A stretch of 64,000 nucleotides of DNA from Bdellovibrionales bacterium. Lineage in GTDB: Bacteria > Bdellovibrionota > Bdellovibrionia > Bdellovibrionales > JAMPXM01. A program made the position numbers and the translations under genes. Below the pieces are notes generated by a model. That model was not told where the DNA came from, searched no databases, and was given only the letters and a program-made list of their open reading frames with translations. The stretch lies in assembly GCA_043739185.1 (NCBI GenBank), contig JAYUEN010000398.1:1-64000 (forward strand), read 5' to 3'. Positions within the stretch are counted from its first letter, which is position 1. Each line of letters opens with the position of its first letter. This document shows positions 60,475 to 64,000 of this stretch, in pieces.

Positions 60475-60888
60475 CTATATTAAAAGTTGAAAGTTCCCGT
60501 AACCCATAATTAAAAGCGAGATGGTCCCGCAACTTACGGGAACAACTTCTAAATACTTAAGCGGCAAATAAATTGAGCCGAGAAATAAAAAACTCGGAAC
60601 TCCCCACATACAAACTAACCAACAATAACTACCAATCATCTTAAAAGAGTCTGAGATTGGCATGGCATCGATGTATTGGCCATAGACAATCGAAATGAGT
60701 GGCAGAGCAAAGAGAGCAATATGCGCGAGTCGATTCATCCTTCTGGGTAAATCTGTATAATTGTGATGACCGGGGGGCGTTTTGAATGGACCCGCAAATG
60801 ACCAAAGGCCTAGGGTTGATCCGGTCAATATTCCCATGATCATAGTAATCCATCCGAGATGAATATTTAAAAGTCCGTAATGGGTCAT
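60475..60888 (-). CDS. Small 4-TM membrane protein
   Basis: Four hydrophobic helices; RRMNRLAHIA; GAGG Shine-Dalgarno. Confidence 0.75.
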   Translation of the reverse strand: MTHYGLLNIHLGWITMIMGILTGSTLGLWSFAGPFKTPPGHHNYTDLPRRMNRLAHIALFALPLISIVYGQYIDAMPISDSFKMIGSYCWLVCMWGVPSFLFLGSIYLPLKYLEVVPVSCGTISLLIMGYGNFQLLI

Positions 60889-60964
60889 AGGGCCTCTTTC
60901 TTAAAAAGAACTTTTCAACTCATAAAGAATTTTGCTGGTAAAAGAGCCTCATTTCAAGCTCAAA

Positions 60965-61171
60965 TAGGTTCTTTCTTCTTTATGATGGTAAAACCTTGAA
61001 CACTTCTGCGTCAGGCATTCCGAATTCAGTCAACTGCAACTGATACGGACTCTGACACACTGAAGGCTGTTCACCGAAACTGGTAAGCGGTTGACGGCCG
61101 CTGCTGCCGTTAAAACTGATTTAAAATCTAGATATGAAGCGAGCTCACCCAAGAGAAGACAGAGCCCAAAT
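60965..61171. repeat. Diverged intergenic repeat, copy B
   Basis: Shares TAGGTTCTTTCTTC, TGGTAAAA and AAACTGATTTAAAATC with copy A in the same order. Confidence 0.75.
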
Positions 61172-61395
61172 TCTGACAAAAATGGCTCAATCGCCCATAA
61201 GTTCTGCGGCCTCAAACTTGATTTGATTTGAAGTTTGCTAAACAAATATCAAATTTACATCCGCGCCAAAAAGTCAAAAGGACGGCGAAGACTGTGGCCC
61301 CGTTGGTTGAAAGCTTGAGTCCTTCGACTTTTAAAATCGTCAAAAAGTTCGACAGAGGTTTTTTTTCCTGATGTATAAGTAAAAAAATGCGGCCA

Positions 61396-61411
61396 TGGCG
61401 TTGGAATTGCA
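61396..61411 (+). promoter_or_regulatory. Candidate sigma54 promoter of the diiron enzyme-PKS operon
   Basis: TGGCGTTGGAATTGCA (GG-N10-GC), 46 nt before the ATG; GAGGAGG Shine-Dalgarno follows. Confidence 0.65.
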
Positions 61412-61457
61412 AATTGTGATTTGGTAGCGCCAGTCCGAAGCCCTGAGGAGGATTCAA

Positions 61458-62345
61458 ATGTCGACCGCAGTTTCAATTAAGAGTTTGTTAAAAGTTCTCG
61501 ATTCAAAGAGTCTCAATCATCCAAGAGCAATCGGACGACAAGCAGTGCAAGCCAGTGTTGGCGAATCTGATTGGAATCGAAATCTTCTTTTCTCAAACGA
61601 GCTTCAAAGAAAAATTGACAAACATAAACTTTGTCGGCACCCGCTGATTGGTTTGTTGAGTACTGAAAAGCTCAATGTAAACGCCACAAAAATTATTCAT
61701 TTTGAGTTTTCATACGCATTTGCCGAAATATTTACCGACTCTCTTATTCAAGCGATGACAACCTCGGCTTCATTAGAGCCGCGGCTTGGAGCTATGGGCA
61801 AGGTTTCGGCGCGATTTTTACTCCAGCTCAATTTGCTCGATGAATTGGGTTTTAAACCCATGGTAAATGGGTCTGAAGACTCTGAATTTTGTGGCAATCC
61901 ATTTTTAGCCCACTATGTACAATTCAATGAAACAATCGAGGAATTGGGCGGCCTTCATAAAGATATCTTAAATTATAAGGCGTCGGCAGCAGCCGCGACG
62001 GCGCGTAGAACATTTACCGATCATTACAGCGACCACTTGAATCTTACAACCGTGCTCGCAGTTGCAGAGACTGTATTTACCCTCTTCGCAGGTCCCTGGG
62101 CCAAGAGCGTGAGTTTATCAACTGATATTGATGTGAGTCGAGGTTATCACAAAATTCACGTTGAAGATGACCATGGAGAATTTGTTGATGACGATCACTC
62201 AGAAGATTCTTGGTATATTTTTCGTCAAGCCGTTGAAGAAAAGGATTTCAAATTGGTAGAAGAAAATATTTTGCAATGGTTAGACACCTGGTATGACTTT
62301 GGCGATGAGGTCATGCACATTGCTCGTCAGCTCTCAAAGAAGTAA
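61458..62345 (+). CDS. Heme-oxygenase-like diiron oxidase (HDO / iron-containing redox enzyme family)
   Basis: All-helical; HPL near the N-terminus; candidate ligands NLLDELG..AHY..AVAE..YHKIHVE..DDDH. Confidence 0.7.
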   Translation: MSTAVSIKSLLKVLDSKSLNHPRAIGRQAVQASVGESDWNRNLLFSNELQRKIDKHKLCRHPLIGLLSTEKLNVNATKIIHFEFSYAFAEIFTDSLIQAMTTSASLEPRLGAMGKVSARFLLQLNLLDELGFKPMVNGSEDSEFCGNPFLAHYVQFNETIEELGGLHKDILNYKASAAAATARRTFTDHYSDHLNLTTVLAVAETVFTLFAGPWAKSVSLSTDIDVSRGYHKIHVEDDHGEFVDDDHSEDSWYIFRQAVEEKDFKLVEENILQWLDTWYDFGDEVMHIARQLSKK

Positions 62346-62363
62346 ACCATTAAGGAAATAGTC

Positions 62364-64000
62364 ATGAGCGATCTTCGGGATTCTAAAACCTCTTCTGTTG
62401 ATGAATTGATTGAGCTCATCACTTCAGAAATAGCAACGGTGACGGGCATTCCTGCGTCTAAAATATCAATTGATCAGGGTTTTATGGAGATGGGAATTGA
62501 ATCCCTACAGGCCGTAGCGATAATCGAAAATCTTTCATTAAAGCTTCATGAAAACCTAAATGTAGAGTTACTCTTTGATCATCCTAATATTCAGAAACTT
62601 GCAATACATCTTGAGCTCGAATCAAATTTAAAAGAGCGGAAAATCATAGCCGAACGATCAATATCCCCTGGCGCTGATGAGCTCTTAAAATCTGAAAAAG
62701 AAATCTTTGAAAATACAGATATTTCAATTGTAGGAATGAGCTGTCGCTTTCCTAAAGCCAACGGGCTGCTTGAGTTTTATGACCTCCTTTTAAATGGCAG
62801 AAGTGGCATTGATAGCATGACAAAAGATAGGCTCAAACTGCACGCTGAACATCGCCAAAAAGAAATGGGTTTTGTCGAAGCCATTGAGAATTTTGCTTCT
62901 GATGCGTTTTCAATCTCTAGTCATGAAGCAAATTTAATGGATCCACAGCAAAGAATGCTGCTCGAAGAATGCAACCGAGCACTCGAAGATGCAGGCTATA
63001 CTCCAAAGGATTTGCAAGGATCTCATACCGGAGTTTTCATTGGGGTCAGCAATTCAGACTATGCATTTGAAATCTCAAAATCGAGTCGAGTCGATATTTT
63101 CACTTCACTAGGAAATGCTCATTCAATAGTCGCAAATCGAATTTCATACTTCTATGATCTGAAGGGTCCAAGTTTAGCCGTAGATACAGCCTGTTCTTCG
63201 TCACTTGTTGCTCTTCATATGGCCGTTCAAAGCTTGGCGCGAAATGAAATCGAAATGGCTATTGTTGGTGGAGTCAATTCCCTATTGAGTTCCGAAATTA
63301 CCAATGCTTTTTGGGAAGCGGGTATGCTTTCTCCTGATTCACGTTGTTTTACTTTTTCAAAAGAAGCCAATGGCTATGTTCGGGGCGAAGGAGTAGGAGT
63401 TATTGTCCTTCGTCGAAGTAAGGATATGGTAGGAAACAGCTTTCGCAGTTATGCGAAAATAAAGGCCACAGCAATCAATCAAGATGGAAAATCTAGCGGA
63501 TTGACAGCTCCAAACGGGAGCGCACAAGAAAGCGCGTTGCGAGAAGCACTTTTAAAAGCAAATTTAAATCCTGAAGAAATTTCTTACCATGAAGCTCATG
63601 GCACGGCCACAGCACTTGGCGATCCGATCGAATTGCTTGCGCTAGAGCGAATTCACAAGCTGCGACTGAAAGATCAGCCACTTCTTATTGGATCGGTCAA
63701 AACTAATATTGGGCATCTCGAATCTGCAGCTGGTATCGCTTCAGTGATAAAGGTAGCGCTCGGACTTTATTATAAAAAAATATTCAAGAATCTGAATTTC
63801 AGCGAAATCAATCCGCAGATTAAAAACCGCATTGCGTCTCTTGAACCTGTTTTGCTAAGGCAGGATTGGTCCTCACGTCATGGCGAACGACTCTATGCAA
63901 GTCTAAGCTCATTCGGATTTGGAGGTACCAATGCCTGTGCAATTCTTGCCGAAGCAGATATGCCATTCCCTCAAACTAAAACCGACATTGTTGATTCGTT
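62364..64000 (+). CDS. Type I polyketide synthase, N-terminal ACP followed by KS; 3'-truncated by the window
   Basis: Manual translation from ATG 62364 (AAGGA Shine-Dalgarno): FMEMGIESL..LFDHPNI (ACP), ISIVGMSCRFP, MDPQQRMLLE, GPSLAVDTACSSSL, EAHGTAT, GSVKTNIGHLE, SSFGFGGTNA. No stop before 64000. Confidence 0.95.
   Translation, partial: MSDLRDSKTSSVDELIELITSEIATVTGIPASKISIDQGFMEMGIESLQAVAIIENLSLKLHENLNVELLFDHPNIQKLAIHLELESNLKERKIIAERSISPGADELLKSEKEIFENTDISIVGMSCRFPKANGLLEFYDLLLNGRSGIDSMTKDRLKLHAEHRQKEMGFVEAIENFASDAFSISSHEANLMDPQQRMLLEECNRALEDAGYTPKDLQGSHTGVFIGVSNSDYAFEISKSSRVDIFTSLGNAHSIVANRISYFYDLKGPSLAVDTACSSSLVALHMAVQSLARNEIEMAIVGGVNSLLSSEITNAFWEAGMLSPDSRCFTFSKEANGYVRGEGVGVIVLRRSKDMVGNSFRSYAKIKATAINQDGKSSGLTAPNGSAQESALREALLKANLNPEEISYHEAHGTATALGDPIELLALERIHKLRLKDQPLLIGSVKTNIGHLESAAGIASVIKVALGLYYKKIFKNLNFSEINPQIKNRIASLEPVLLRQDWSSRHGERLYASLSSFGFGGTNACAILAEADMPFPQTKTDIVDS

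Noticed and set aside
61030..61476. Three short minus-strand ORFs in the PKS promoter region
   Set aside because: No convincing ribosome-binding site or motifs. One overlaps the diverged repeat, whose other copy has a stop in the same frame; the others overlap the candidate sigma54 promoter.

Overview
A 64-kb bacterial chromosomal window with no rRNA, tRNA or CRISPR array visible. The gene content and order (alternative complex III next to thrS-infC-rpmI-rplT, a mevalonate operon, FQNC-type lipoprotein, many Cys-rich secreted proteins) suggest a Bdellovibrionota (Bdellovibrionales-like) genome; this is inferred, not proven. (1) 1-15.4 kb: a co-oriented envelope cluster with a partial Ig+RCC1-like protein, two paralogous predicted outer-membrane barrels, a large S8 protease, two paralogous Cys-repeat lipoproteins, and a MotA/MotB-like pair whose MotB carries a coiled coil and YfaP/DUF2135-like domain instead of the OmpA peptidoglycan anchor. 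(2) 15-48 kb: mostly housekeeping (SPFH, FabD-like, PduO, formylglutamate amidohydrolase, system II cytochrome c biogenesis, actABCDEF, thrS, infC with ATT start, rpmI, rplT, five mevalonate genes, a zinc metalloprotease, a 119-bp MITE, TrmH-family, rsmG, pheST, ihfA, MerR). (3) 48-55 kb: orphan secreted proteins with candidate sigma54/sigma28 promoters. (4) 55-64 kb: a Lol/MacB-like five-part exporter beside a heme-oxygenase-like diiron enzyme and an ACP-KS type I PKS. The PKS is missing from the ORF track because it runs off the window end. The best candidates for undescribed systems are the rewired MotAB/surface-protein cluster and the diiron enzyme-PKS-exporter cluster. All family calls come from reading motifs by eye; no searches were run.
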